The notes under the pieces are model-generated. The model was not told the DNA's origin, searched no databases, and worked only from the letters and a program-made list of their open reading frames with translations. From the NCBI GenBank assembly GCA_000165345.1, contig CM000436.1:544001-608000 (forward strand): a stretch of DNA of 64,000 nucleotides, given 5' to 3'. A program made the position numbers and the translations under genes. Shown in pieces: positions 12,601 to 20,848 of the stretch (its first letter is position 1; the number at the start of each line of letters is the position of its first letter).

Positions 12601-15600
12601 GACTTGATAGAGATGAACAAGTTATCCAACTTTTACTGAACAAATCCCTTGGAATTAATGAAGATAAAGATTTGTTGGTTTCTAATTCCAACTTTGTTGG
12701 TAGAGTCTTAGAACTTAGTGTATTAACTGAAGCTGGATGCGATGGAATATATATGGGTTCGTTAAATTTGAATAAGACCAAAAAAACAATCTATTTTAAG
12801 CTTGTTTCAAGAGATAAAAATCAAGATTCTAATAAGGAGGTATCTAAAGGAATTGTCACTAAAGGATTATTTCTTGGAGGAAGTTATTTATATCAAAATG
12901 AATCCAGAAATCATAAGAAGGAGATTCATTCTGAGATGAAGTATGTACATTATATTTGCTGTGACGATCAAATAGTGGCCAGTTTTAGTCGAGTTATGGA
13001 AGAGACAGAAAAAACAGCAAGTTTCAAGGTAAACAAAAAATATAAGAAGTTCTTAGAGTCTATTGTTAATGAGACAAAGTCTATAAAGATTAACAATAAA
13101 GAGGATATTCTTTATCGTACTGAATCTTACACGCTATCTATTTTAATGATAAAGAATGATCAAGACGAGAAGGTACCGGTGATCATTATATGTCCAAATA
13201 AATCAGAAGAAAGAGAAGGGATTTCCAAAGATTTAAGTTGCATTGTTTTGGATAAAAACAGTAATATACCAGTACTTATTGGAGTTTTATACTCTAGTAA
13301 GGAGTCTGGTTCTATTTTAAAAAAAGAGTTTAATAAAAAAGATCGATTTGAATTAAATAGTCGAGTTCAATGTAAGATCATAGATCATATGAAATCTTAC
13401 CAAGGATTAATTGTTCAATTATCAAACAAAAGCTTTGGGAGAATATCAGTTTTAGAGCTGGATGATGATAAGATAGACAATCCTCTAAATCTTGAAAAGT
13501 TCAAAGTTGGTGGTACAATTCAAGGAATAATCATAGGAGATCTCAGGAATAATAGTAAAAAGAAGAGAATAGTAAGCTTGGGAGGAGAGAAATCTTCTAA
13601 GCTTAAGTATGCCCAAATAGATTTTGAAATTTCGAGTCGTATTTCAAGGATTCGAGATATCTTGGATAAGAAGGATGAGTTGAAAGAAATTGAGTCATTT
13701 TCTCAAGTTAAAGTTGGATCTATTTTGAGTGGATATGTATGTAATAGTGGTAAGGAAGGAGTTTTTGTACGTGTAGGACGAGAATTAGTTGGAAGGATTA
13801 AGCTCAGAGAATTAACATCTGGAACAATTACCCCAGAGGAAGCTTCAAGAAGGTTTTTCATTGGAAAGTTCATCAACCAAATGGTTGTAGTTAATATTAA
13901 CAAGGATGAGAAAAAAGTAGATTTAAGTATTTCTAAGTTGGAATCTGATGATATTAAGTTAAGGTTGTCCCAAATTGAGACAAAAAAGCAAGTTGAATCT
14001 GAGGATGAATACGTAGATATGGGAATTGATAAAGAGGTAGATCTTGGAAATAAAGTAAAGAAAATGGCTCAAAGCTTGGGGGATATTAATGAGAAACTAT
14101 CATTTGAAGATTTGTATATTGGTAGAGTCTTAACAGGAGTAATAATAAATGTTTCCAAGAAACATGGATTGTTTATAAGACTGAATGATATAAAGGATGA
14201 CTTAACTGCTCTTTGTAAGCTTTCTGAATGCTTGGATGGTAGATCAAATAGGAATAAAATTTCCTCAGTTTTCAATGTTGGAGACAATGTATTGTGTAAG
14301 GTACTTAAGTTTAACTCCGAGAAGAGGAGAGTATGGGTTGGAATTAAACCAAGTTACTTCTCTGAACTTAAAGGTGAGGAAGGAGATAATCTCAGCTTTG
14401 AAAACAATCAATTAATGGATATTGAAAGTGTTGAGACAGTAGAAAGTGAAAATGAGGAGGAACTCAAAGATGTGGAGATGACACTTGGATTGAATGATGA
14501 AGGACTAGAGTACCGAGAATCTGATCATATGAATGATGGTGAAGAAGATTTCTTAGGAAATAGGAACTTAGAAGTGATGAAAGAAGATTCAGAATATGAG
14601 AAAAGTCAAGAATCTGAATCAAAGCTGGAGTCTAAGAACTTGAACAGGAAACAAAAAGTACAGAGACAGTTGGAACACGAGCACAGAATCAGAGAAGAAG
14701 AGGAAAAAGGAATGAGATCACATCTTAATCCCTCAACAATTGATGATTTTGAAAGACTTTTAATAACTCATAGGGATGTCTCATCGCTTTGGATTAGATA
14801 TATGTCATATTACTTAGACTTGGAAGACTTAGATAAAGCTCGAATGGTTGCAGAAAGGTCTTTAAAACAAATCTCAGTAAAGGAAGAGATGGAGAGGTGG
14901 AATATATGGATTGCTTATATTAATATGGAGATAGTTTATGGAAAGAATGAGTTACTTACAAGTACAGGGGAGAATAATATTTCTTCTTTGAGAGGAAAAG
15001 AAGATGGAATTCCAAAGAACGTTAGACAAATCTTAGATCGCGCTTTAATGAATGTTACAGATCAAAAGAAGCTTTATATACAAATATTCAGTTCTTTGAG
15101 AAGACATTCGAAAGAGGAGCAAGGCTTGGCTTTACTTGAGGAAGGATTAAAAAAATTCCAAACTAGTAGAAAGCTTTGGGTAACTTATTTAACTTGTTTA
15201 TACGAGAGTGATAACCAAAAGAAAGCAAGGGACGAGGTTATTCAAAAGTCTTTAAAGAGTGTATCTAAGGATAAGGTGGTGCGTTTGATTACGGACATTG
15301 CGAGATTGGAATTTGAATATGGTAATATAAATAGAGGGAGGACCATTTTTGAGAATTTATTAGAGGAAAACTCAAAGAGGATGGATTTATGGTCTCAATA
15401 TTTTGATATATTAACAAAACTATGTAGTAAAGACAATCCTAAATCCAACTCTTCTATGGCAGATCATATAGAAATGGCAAGATCCATATTTAGCTCATGC
15501 ATAGAAAAGAACTTTAAGCCAAGGAGTATGAAGATGATCTTCACCAGATGGCTATCTTTTGAAAAGGAGTTTGGATCATTACAGAGTCAGAAGCACGTTC

Positions 15601-15647
15601 AGGATCTTGCAATTAACTATGTGAACAAGTTTGAATCAAACCTTTAA
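9639..15647 (+). CDS. RRP5: rRNA biogenesis protein RRP5 (multiple S1 domains + C-terminal HAT/TPR-like repeats)
   Basis: 2002-aa single-exon ORF with ATG start. It has many S1-like segments (e.g. GQIVKATVTEVNNWGISVRL, GSILSGYVCNSGKEGVFVRV, GRVLTGVIINVSKKHGLFIRL). The C-terminal HAT repeats are WIRYMSYYLDLEDLDKARMVAERSL...WNIWIAYINME...LWVTYLTCLYE. Confidence 0.85.
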   Translation: MSRKRNLKNIQDDIDEVEDLEHGDFIGIKSKNLKTITSFTNIERRDLKLGTLLFGVIDHVSEKELIISLPGSNTAIISIENTLEDSRTIPIELFQELKKKSLEDRFSVGQFVNGAIISNNKIKNNITLKPSILNAGLNSNSKCLNVFGYVISALIISKENHGFNIYTGIQGVKTVFMKVEESEFKEYRLGQILPVSIHQFFKEKSLLICTPIYDQNENSKIGRKEILSIHEIKPGLMVECLIHAYSHTNQKDQISQTQSPNKKKKVSDKVSVQPNTKLLQLKKVDKQYVTDQELESIKDFLQSEHSLQVSFCMGTMLGVIPDEHSIHPLSCFYPQEFESSLTTEVIRKSPKSKFITARIIAVSSGADNKIILSTLAHNINLKRGNQKAISEISIGTVISPSNLQMNDSNTLLNSLSNITLFNSQSQKKSQSKINFLTRISDKWISLSTNQFSKDYDKIDQTIKTQPFRVISHSRLENSFFVSFDQKVVQEKYFSSYDALPGQIVKATVTEVNNWGISVRLSEYFSGRIYAEHLFNSSSSGSGSITGTNLSSNSSKSMSKEQMDYIKKHYQIGRSYQFKVLRYEYSDNSWNPLLLLTAKHLLINDQLPLVRSIDKSLKIGQKVTGYISRICIQSTQKSNYNSDLNQSEKSDFIIIRFYGEAYGSMSYKEYIDYYQFDNIDGISKKPTIGEVITVQIKSIDLTNKSLKLTFRMESNGEVEDPKTSSNTPLNRQFLAQLKNIKYSFYDGIFDETIINSKGFILLGVTNQGLLFSQGLKDLVYVPKFSISDNKENSEKIYCLLGEVYRKSNSVSDLNSKISKLKLAPSTLTDTVSRQTLEMNLIGSSGSSINVENNSITLNLNVKLGYLKHSILNGKQGEVIIKNLKSLTNNTLCLGYINHIDHYGLLVSILSSEPLTGIVPRHLISSKVFFDSKEELMRHFSIGETLLLKVVKLDETNKKITLSLKDLEDGTSLVRNSTITKSILKDRLGGLDRDEQVIQLLLNKSLGINEDKDLLVSNSNFVGRVLELSVLTEAGCDGIYMGSLNLNKTKKTIYFKLVSRDKNQDSNKEVSKGIVTKGLFLGGSYLYQNESRNHKKEIHSEMKYVHYICCDDQIVASFSRVMEETEKTASFKVNKKYKKFLESIVNETKSIKINNKEDILYRTESYTLSILMIKNDQDEKVPVIIICPNKSEEREGISKDLSCIVLDKNSNIPVLIGVLYSSKESGSILKKEFNKKDRFELNSRVQCKIIDHMKSYQGLIVQLSNKSFGRISVLELDDDKIDNPLNLEKFKVGGTIQGIIIGDLRNNSKKKRIVSLGGEKSSKLKYAQIDFEISSRISRIRDILDKKDELKEIESFSQVKVGSILSGYVCNSGKEGVFVRVGRELVGRIKLRELTSGTITPEEASRRFFIGKFINQMVVVNINKDEKKVDLSISKLESDDIKLRLSQIETKKQVESEDEYVDMGIDKEVDLGNKVKKMAQSLGDINEKLSFEDLYIGRVLTGVIINVSKKHGLFIRLNDIKDDLTALCKLSECLDGRSNRNKISSVFNVGDNVLCKVLKFNSEKRRVWVGIKPSYFSELKGEEGDNLSFENNQLMDIESVETVESENEEELKDVEMTLGLNDEGLEYRESDHMNDGEEDFLGNRNLEVMKEDSEYEKSQESESKLESKNLNRKQKVQRQLEHEHRIREEEEKGMRSHLNPSTIDDFERLLITHRDVSSLWIRYMSYYLDLEDLDKARMVAERSLKQISVKEEMERWNIWIAYINMEIVYGKNELLTSTGENNISSLRGKEDGIPKNVRQILDRALMNVTDQKKLYIQIFSSLRRHSKEEQGLALLEEGLKKFQTSRKLWVTYLTCLYESDNQKKARDEVIQKSLKSVSKDKVVRLITDIARLEFEYGNINRGRTIFENLLEENSKRMDLWSQYFDILTKLCSKDNPKSNSSMADHIEMARSIFSSCIEKNFKPRSMKMIFTRWLSFEKEFGSLQSQKHVQDLAINYVNKFESNL

Positions 15648-15831
15648 ATTTTAAACAAGCTTTGTTTTTTTTATTAGCATTGACCTGTAGAAATATTTTG
15701 TTAGGTACCGATTAAAATATATAGATCATGAGACGAGACAATAATTTATTTATTTTTAAAATTTACGAATATAATCTTATAATAAAATAAAAAATTTTAA
15801 CAATACGTAATTTTGAGGAGATAAGAATCAA

Positions 15832-17973
15832 TCAAAATTTGAAATCTTGGATCAAATTGAAATCCTGTAAAGGATTATGATATCCAGACCTCATAATTTG
15901 ATCACTAGAAATTTGATTATTAGTTAGAATGTTGAGGAGAGTAATTCCAGTAATTGCTCCAAATATTACAGTAGAGACTACTCCATATAGTACGGCTTTA
16001 ACTTTTTTGAGTGATTTTAACTTAGGAATACTGAGGATTAGGAATCTATTATTTAGGTTATTATAGTCGCCATGAGGATCTTGAGTATCAAATACTTTTT
16101 CAATAGCTGGATTAATATCTTCTTGTCTAAAATGCTTGAGATATGATCTGTGAAAAGTGGCTCTACACTTTAGAATTGCAATACAAACATAATAGATTGA
16201 AGAGTAGTCTAAAATTACATCTCTAGGTGAGTTGGTCTTTAATGGTCTGTATTTTCTTTTATTAATTTTAATAAGTTTTGCAAGCCAAAAGTATCTAATA
16301 AGTATAAAGCATGCCTCTAAATTAGGCCTATTTCCAATTTTCTGCATCTTCATTGGGATATGTAGAATGTCCTTAACAGTGATCTTTATTGGATTGATTC
16401 TAAATCTGGCAAAAGTTCGAGTATATTCAGTAGTAGTCCAGAGGAGACACCAGACAAATTGATTTCTGCTAGGGAAAAGTGCTTTGCTATTGGATGGAAG
16501 GTAACTAATATATCCAGAAAGTGAGTCCCAATCAGGAGTCTGCCAATAGAAGTAGCTGCTCGGATCTGGTCTGTATTCATTCACAGATTGGTAATAGTAG
16601 GCTTGATATAAAGTCTGTAACTTAATAGTTCTCGTACATAGATTGAGCGATGTAAAGGATGTTGTGAGTGAATGCTCAAAGTACCTATATAATTTACCAA
16701 ATTGGATGTATTTTGGAGTCTTAGTAATTCCAAGCTGAATTCGGTAGCCATTATTTAGAGATAAAGCAACCAAATTATTAGAACAGGACTTAGGCATTGT
16801 TGTGTATTCAAAGAAATCAGGAGGAATATTAGGAATAGACATTCTTTCTTTAGTAGGCAAAAGAGGTAAATCTCCATTGCTGAGGCCAAATACCGTTAAA
16901 TCTCCTCTAATTGGAATAATTTGCTTAAATAAGTACCACATTGCATCGCTTGGAGACCTTAAATAAAGCTTTTTCCAAGTGTGATAGATTTTTGATTCTA
17001 CTTGAATCTTTTTAAAATCATACTGTTCATATTCATCTCTCAAATAGCCCTGAATTTCCCTCATTGCTTTCATATAAAATTCACATGTGAGTCTTAATAA
17101 GAACTTGTTTCTGTCGTTTTGTTTACCTAACATTTTACTTTTCTTGTTTACTTTTGGAATATTTGAAATTGGTTCTACAAGTTTTACAGCATCCTCAATT
17201 CCCAATTTCTTTAGAGACTCTTCATTATATTCAAACCTTTTCCATATTATGGTATTTTCTGGATTACTTTCTTCTTCCAAATAAGTATCAGAAGTTGAAT
17301 CTTGGGTCTCAGAATCTTTAAAAGAGTCAAAATATCTTTCGAATAATTCAAAACCATAACTTGCTGTTATTTTTGAATAAATATCCCAACACTTTGAGAT
17401 TGAATTTATAGGCCTGGATAATTCTTTAATGAATTTATCATCTTTCTTTTTTCTTTCTAAATTAAAAAATACAGAATCCTCATTAGGATCTTCTCTATTT
17501 AATATACTTTTCTTATCAATTTCATCAATGACTTGTTCTTTTCTAATTTCTTTAGAATTTATAGTTTTTCTGACAAAATACATAATAATTCTAAAATGAG
17601 TTTCTTTTACTACAATATTTGATCCATATTTAATGTTAAATGCCCAATTTCTTATCAAATCTTCTCTAATTGTTTCCAGAGATTGATATTTGTTCTCAAC
17701 GTAGTTTTTTTCCTCCTTTTTTGTAAATATCTCTTCCTCCTGATTGGAGAGTTTCTCACCTTTTGGATCTACATCTAAGATATTTGAATCTTCGATAGAA
17801 AGGTCAAATGTACGAGTGTTGTTCCTAATGTATGAGAATCTCTCTTTCACATTCCAAAATTTAGGTAATATAAAACTTTTTTTTTTTTTGTAAATAGCAC
17901 TCTCAATTACTCCAAATCCACATATTATTGTAAAAACCAATACTAATAACCTTGTTTTGTATTTGAATTTCAT
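15832..17973 (-). CDS. Hypothetical secreted/membrane protein (signal peptide, C-terminal hydrophobic segment)
   Basis: 713 aa. N-terminal MKFKYKTRLLVLVFTIICGFGVIESA is signal-peptide-like. C-terminal AVLYGVVSTVIFGAITGITLL is hydrophobic. Local similarity to the divergently transcribed neighbour: YHTWKKLYLRSPSDAMWYLFKQI vs YIRWMELYKVDPPRSQWFILRKL. Confidence 0.5.
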   Translation of the reverse strand: MKFKYKTRLLVLVFTIICGFGVIESAIYKKKKSFILPKFWNVKERFSYIRNNTRTFDLSIEDSNILDVDPKGEKLSNQEEEIFTKKEEKNYVENKYQSLETIREDLIRNWAFNIKYGSNIVVKETHFRIIMYFVRKTINSKEIRKEQVIDEIDKKSILNREDPNEDSVFFNLERKKKDDKFIKELSRPINSISKCWDIYSKITASYGFELFERYFDSFKDSETQDSTSDTYLEEESNPENTIIWKRFEYNEESLKKLGIEDAVKLVEPISNIPKVNKKSKMLGKQNDRNKFLLRLTCEFYMKAMREIQGYLRDEYEQYDFKKIQVESKIYHTWKKLYLRSPSDAMWYLFKQIIPIRGDLTVFGLSNGDLPLLPTKERMSIPNIPPDFFEYTTMPKSCSNNLVALSLNNGYRIQLGITKTPKYIQFGKLYRYFEHSLTTSFTSLNLCTRTIKLQTLYQAYYYQSVNEYRPDPSSYFYWQTPDWDSLSGYISYLPSNSKALFPSRNQFVWCLLWTTTEYTRTFARFRINPIKITVKDILHIPMKMQKIGNRPNLEACFILIRYFWLAKLIKINKRKYRPLKTNSPRDVILDYSSIYYVCIAILKCRATFHRSYLKHFRQEDINPAIEKVFDTQDPHGDYNNLNNRFLILSIPKLKSLKKVKAVLYGVVSTVIFGAITGITLLNILTNNQISSDQIMRSGYHNPLQDFNLIQDFKF

Positions 17974-18080
17974 TGATTTAATTCGAATTTAATTTCATCT
18001 TCTATAATTAACTAACTTTAAATTAATTGAACTAATTTTTTTTATTTAAGAAATTTCTTCAATTCATGACAATTGAAATG

Positions 18081-18197
18081 CACCGGTATGCAATTTAAAC
18101 AAAAAAATTTATTACTAATAAATTTATCCACATGAAAATAACCGGTATAGAAATTTTGTACAAAAATAATTACATCCACATGAAAATGCCGGTATAG
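18081..18197. promoter_or_regulatory. Three CCGGTAT(A/G) boxes, including a roughly 24-nt direct repeat ATCCACATGAAAAT[AG][AC]CCGGTATAG (18126-18150 and 18174-18197), in the shared divergent promoter
   Basis: caccggtatg at 18081-18090. atccacatgaaaataaccggtatag and atccacatgaaaatgccggtatag follow, 48 bp apart. Read directly from the sequence. Confidence 0.6.
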
Positions 18198-18369
18198 TGC
18201 AAAGAAAATGCGCATGACAGGAAAAAAAAAAAATAATTCAAGTCAAAAAAACAAAAAAAAAGAAGAAAAAATTTTATTTGGTAGTAAGATAAGAAAATGA
18301 TTTTGATTCTTTAAATTAAATTATGAATTTTGGTTATTTAATAAGAATCCAATTAAGTTAAATAAAAAA

Positions 18370-20751
18370 ATGAAACTATTAAAACAACCATTAACTGCAT
18401 TAATTGTGTTAACACTAGTTTTTAGTTGGTTGTTTAATTTGAGAGAATGTAAAGAAGTGAATACATCCAATTTAAATTTGAAATCAGAGACAAATAAAAT
18501 AAGTTATTTAACAGAGAAAATTGATACAAATATTTATAATAGAAGAATAACTCACAATAGTGAGGATTCTGAAATAAAGCAAGAAAAAAAAGAGGAAATT
18601 GAAATTAAGACTTTGGAAAGTGATGATTTAATAAAAATTAATATTAGTCAAAATATTATTCATGTTTTAAGAGTAAATTTTGAACTAGGAAATGATAATC
18701 TTAAAACACAAATTCACTGGGTACTTTTGTTATTGATATTGAAGGCAGACAAATACAAAGAAAGGCCCAAAGGAATGAAACAACTTGATGATTATAATGA
18801 TTGTTTATATTTTATCAAAAAACATCATAAGTTACTGTTAAAGAGTAATCTTTCAAGGGAGGAGAAAATAAAATCAACACAGAGAGCTTGTATAGCATTT
18901 TTTGATAATTTATTCAAGATTAAAAGTAAATGGAGCGATATAAGTTCAAAAGAGTATCTTCAATTATCTAGAAGAATTACCTCTTCTCAGCTTTATATTA
19001 GATGGATGGAGCTATACAAAGTTGATCCTCCACGTTCTCAATGGTTTATTTTAAGAAAATTGGCAATCAATCAGTTTGATGAGATTTTAAGGTTATTTAA
19101 AATATTGACCAAAAATACTAATGAGTATAAATCATTTGAAAATATTCTCATTGAGTTTATGACTCAATTTACTTCTTATTGTAAGGATTACGAATTAAAT
19201 GATAAACTTTATAAACGGGAGTTGGGGAAATACTTGAAAGATGATTACTCTTATAGCTTTAAAGATAAAGCTAACATGATTAAAATTGGGTTTAAAAGCA
19301 AGACTAAAAAAAAAAATAAAAGAAATTTCCGGATTTACCTTCCAGAAGAAATGCCAGATCTTTATGTATATCATCATCAGGTAAATACGTGCGTATTAAA
19401 TTTAGGAATAATGTCTTTATATCCAGAATTAAAGGTTTTTTTCTATGATGTATTTAAGAGAAAACCAACATATTATTTGTTCCATAGAAAGCCCATCACA
19501 ATTAGCAGAAAGACTTTATTAAGATCAAATCAACTCTGTAATTTAATGCTTGAACTTACCAATAAATTGGAAAGATCTTATTATTTGTTAAATATCGAAC
19601 AATACAAGTTTACATATCTTCAAGACACAAATACAGTAGGGAAAACAAATTCTACAAAAAAATTCATTAATAATTTTAGTCTAAGTGAATACATACAAAA
19701 AAAAGGGTTGGTTAAGCCATTACCATTTCATCCCTATTACTATTCAAATCCATTGGATATTGAAATTCAAAATATATTTACAAATTGGCTATTTATTAGC
19801 CATTTTGAAAAGCAAAGTTTGATTAACTCATTAAAGCATTATACAAAAGATATGGAAAAGAAACATAAAGATTTGTTTTTAAATGCAAAACTTGATTTAT
19901 TAAAAAAGTTAATTTCTGAGGATGAACAAATGTTAAAGAATTATGTTTCTAAAGAAGAGAAACAATCGAAAGATGGATTATTCTTGCTTTATTTTCAAAA
20001 AAGAGCAAATAAATTAAAAAACAACGTTGAGAAGGTAATCGATCATTTAAATTCAGTGGAAAATAATATATTCAACAATACGAAACTTTATGAATTGATT
20101 GACCAAGAAAATCCATCTCCTAACGTATTTTCTTTAATTCCAATAATATATTTAAATTCCAAACTTTGGAATGTTCAAAAACTTTTATATAAATACCCTG
20201 TTTCACTTAAAGTGAACTTAAAAATGCTTGTAAATTTATCAGAAACTCTTAAAATTGGCGAGAAAAGCCTTGGGGATATTAAAGTTGGAGATATCTCAAC
20301 CTGTATTAAAGTTACCACCATTTTTTGGAAAAATCAGGGTATTAAAATAAATAATCGAAATTTTAGGATAATTAACCCAGATGATATATCCGAATTATAT
20401 GAAAAAAGCAACGAATTGTCTGAAATTTACATGGACTATGCAACATTATACTTACTTTGTGTAAAATCAGTTTCACAAAGCTTAATTTATTATAGAAGAA
20501 TTCTTAAATATTACTTTGGAGATAACTTTGATAATTACTGGAAATTCAACATGTTATTAGATATGAATAATGAAGAAAGCTCCAATAGTTTCCAATATAT
20601 CAATAAGAAGAATATACATCTTCATTCTCTACCAAATGATTTTATTATGCCAAATTTAACAAAAGGAATATACATCTCAATTTTGAGTGCTTACCTTCTA
20701 TTGACAGTGGGAGCAGTTTGTATTCAGTCATTAATTACCATAATATTTTAA
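18370..20751 (+). CDS. Hypothetical secreted protein (signal peptide, C-terminal hydrophobic tail, possible GPI signal)
   Basis: 793 aa with ATG start. MKLLKQPLTALIVLTLVFSWLFNL signal peptide. C-terminus GIYISILSAYLLLTVGAVCIQSLITIIF. Putative paralog of the 15832-17973 gene. Confidence 0.5.
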   Translation: MKLLKQPLTALIVLTLVFSWLFNLRECKEVNTSNLNLKSETNKISYLTEKIDTNIYNRRITHNSEDSEIKQEKKEEIEIKTLESDDLIKINISQNIIHVLRVNFELGNDNLKTQIHWVLLLLILKADKYKERPKGMKQLDDYNDCLYFIKKHHKLLLKSNLSREEKIKSTQRACIAFFDNLFKIKSKWSDISSKEYLQLSRRITSSQLYIRWMELYKVDPPRSQWFILRKLAINQFDEILRLFKILTKNTNEYKSFENILIEFMTQFTSYCKDYELNDKLYKRELGKYLKDDYSYSFKDKANMIKIGFKSKTKKKNKRNFRIYLPEEMPDLYVYHHQVNTCVLNLGIMSLYPELKVFFYDVFKRKPTYYLFHRKPITISRKTLLRSNQLCNLMLELTNKLERSYYLLNIEQYKFTYLQDTNTVGKTNSTKKFINNFSLSEYIQKKGLVKPLPFHPYYYSNPLDIEIQNIFTNWLFISHFEKQSLINSLKHYTKDMEKKHKDLFLNAKLDLLKKLISEDEQMLKNYVSKEEKQSKDGLFLLYFQKRANKLKNNVEKVIDHLNSVENNIFNNTKLYELIDQENPSPNVFSLIPIIYLNSKLWNVQKLLYKYPVSLKVNLKMLVNLSETLKIGEKSLGDIKVGDISTCIKVTTIFWKNQGIKINNRNFRIINPDDISELYEKSNELSEIYMDYATLYLLCVKSVSQSLIYYRRILKYYFGDNFDNYWKFNMLLDMNNEESSNSFQYINKKNIHLHSLPNDFIMPNLTKGIYISILSAYLLLTVGAVCIQSLITIIF

Positions 20752-20848
20752 AAAAAATTAAAACTCTAATTAAAATTCTACTTAAAATCATAAAGTTAAT
20801 CAAACTAAGCTTAAAAATGTTTATAATCGCATCAAAAAAAAAGGAATT

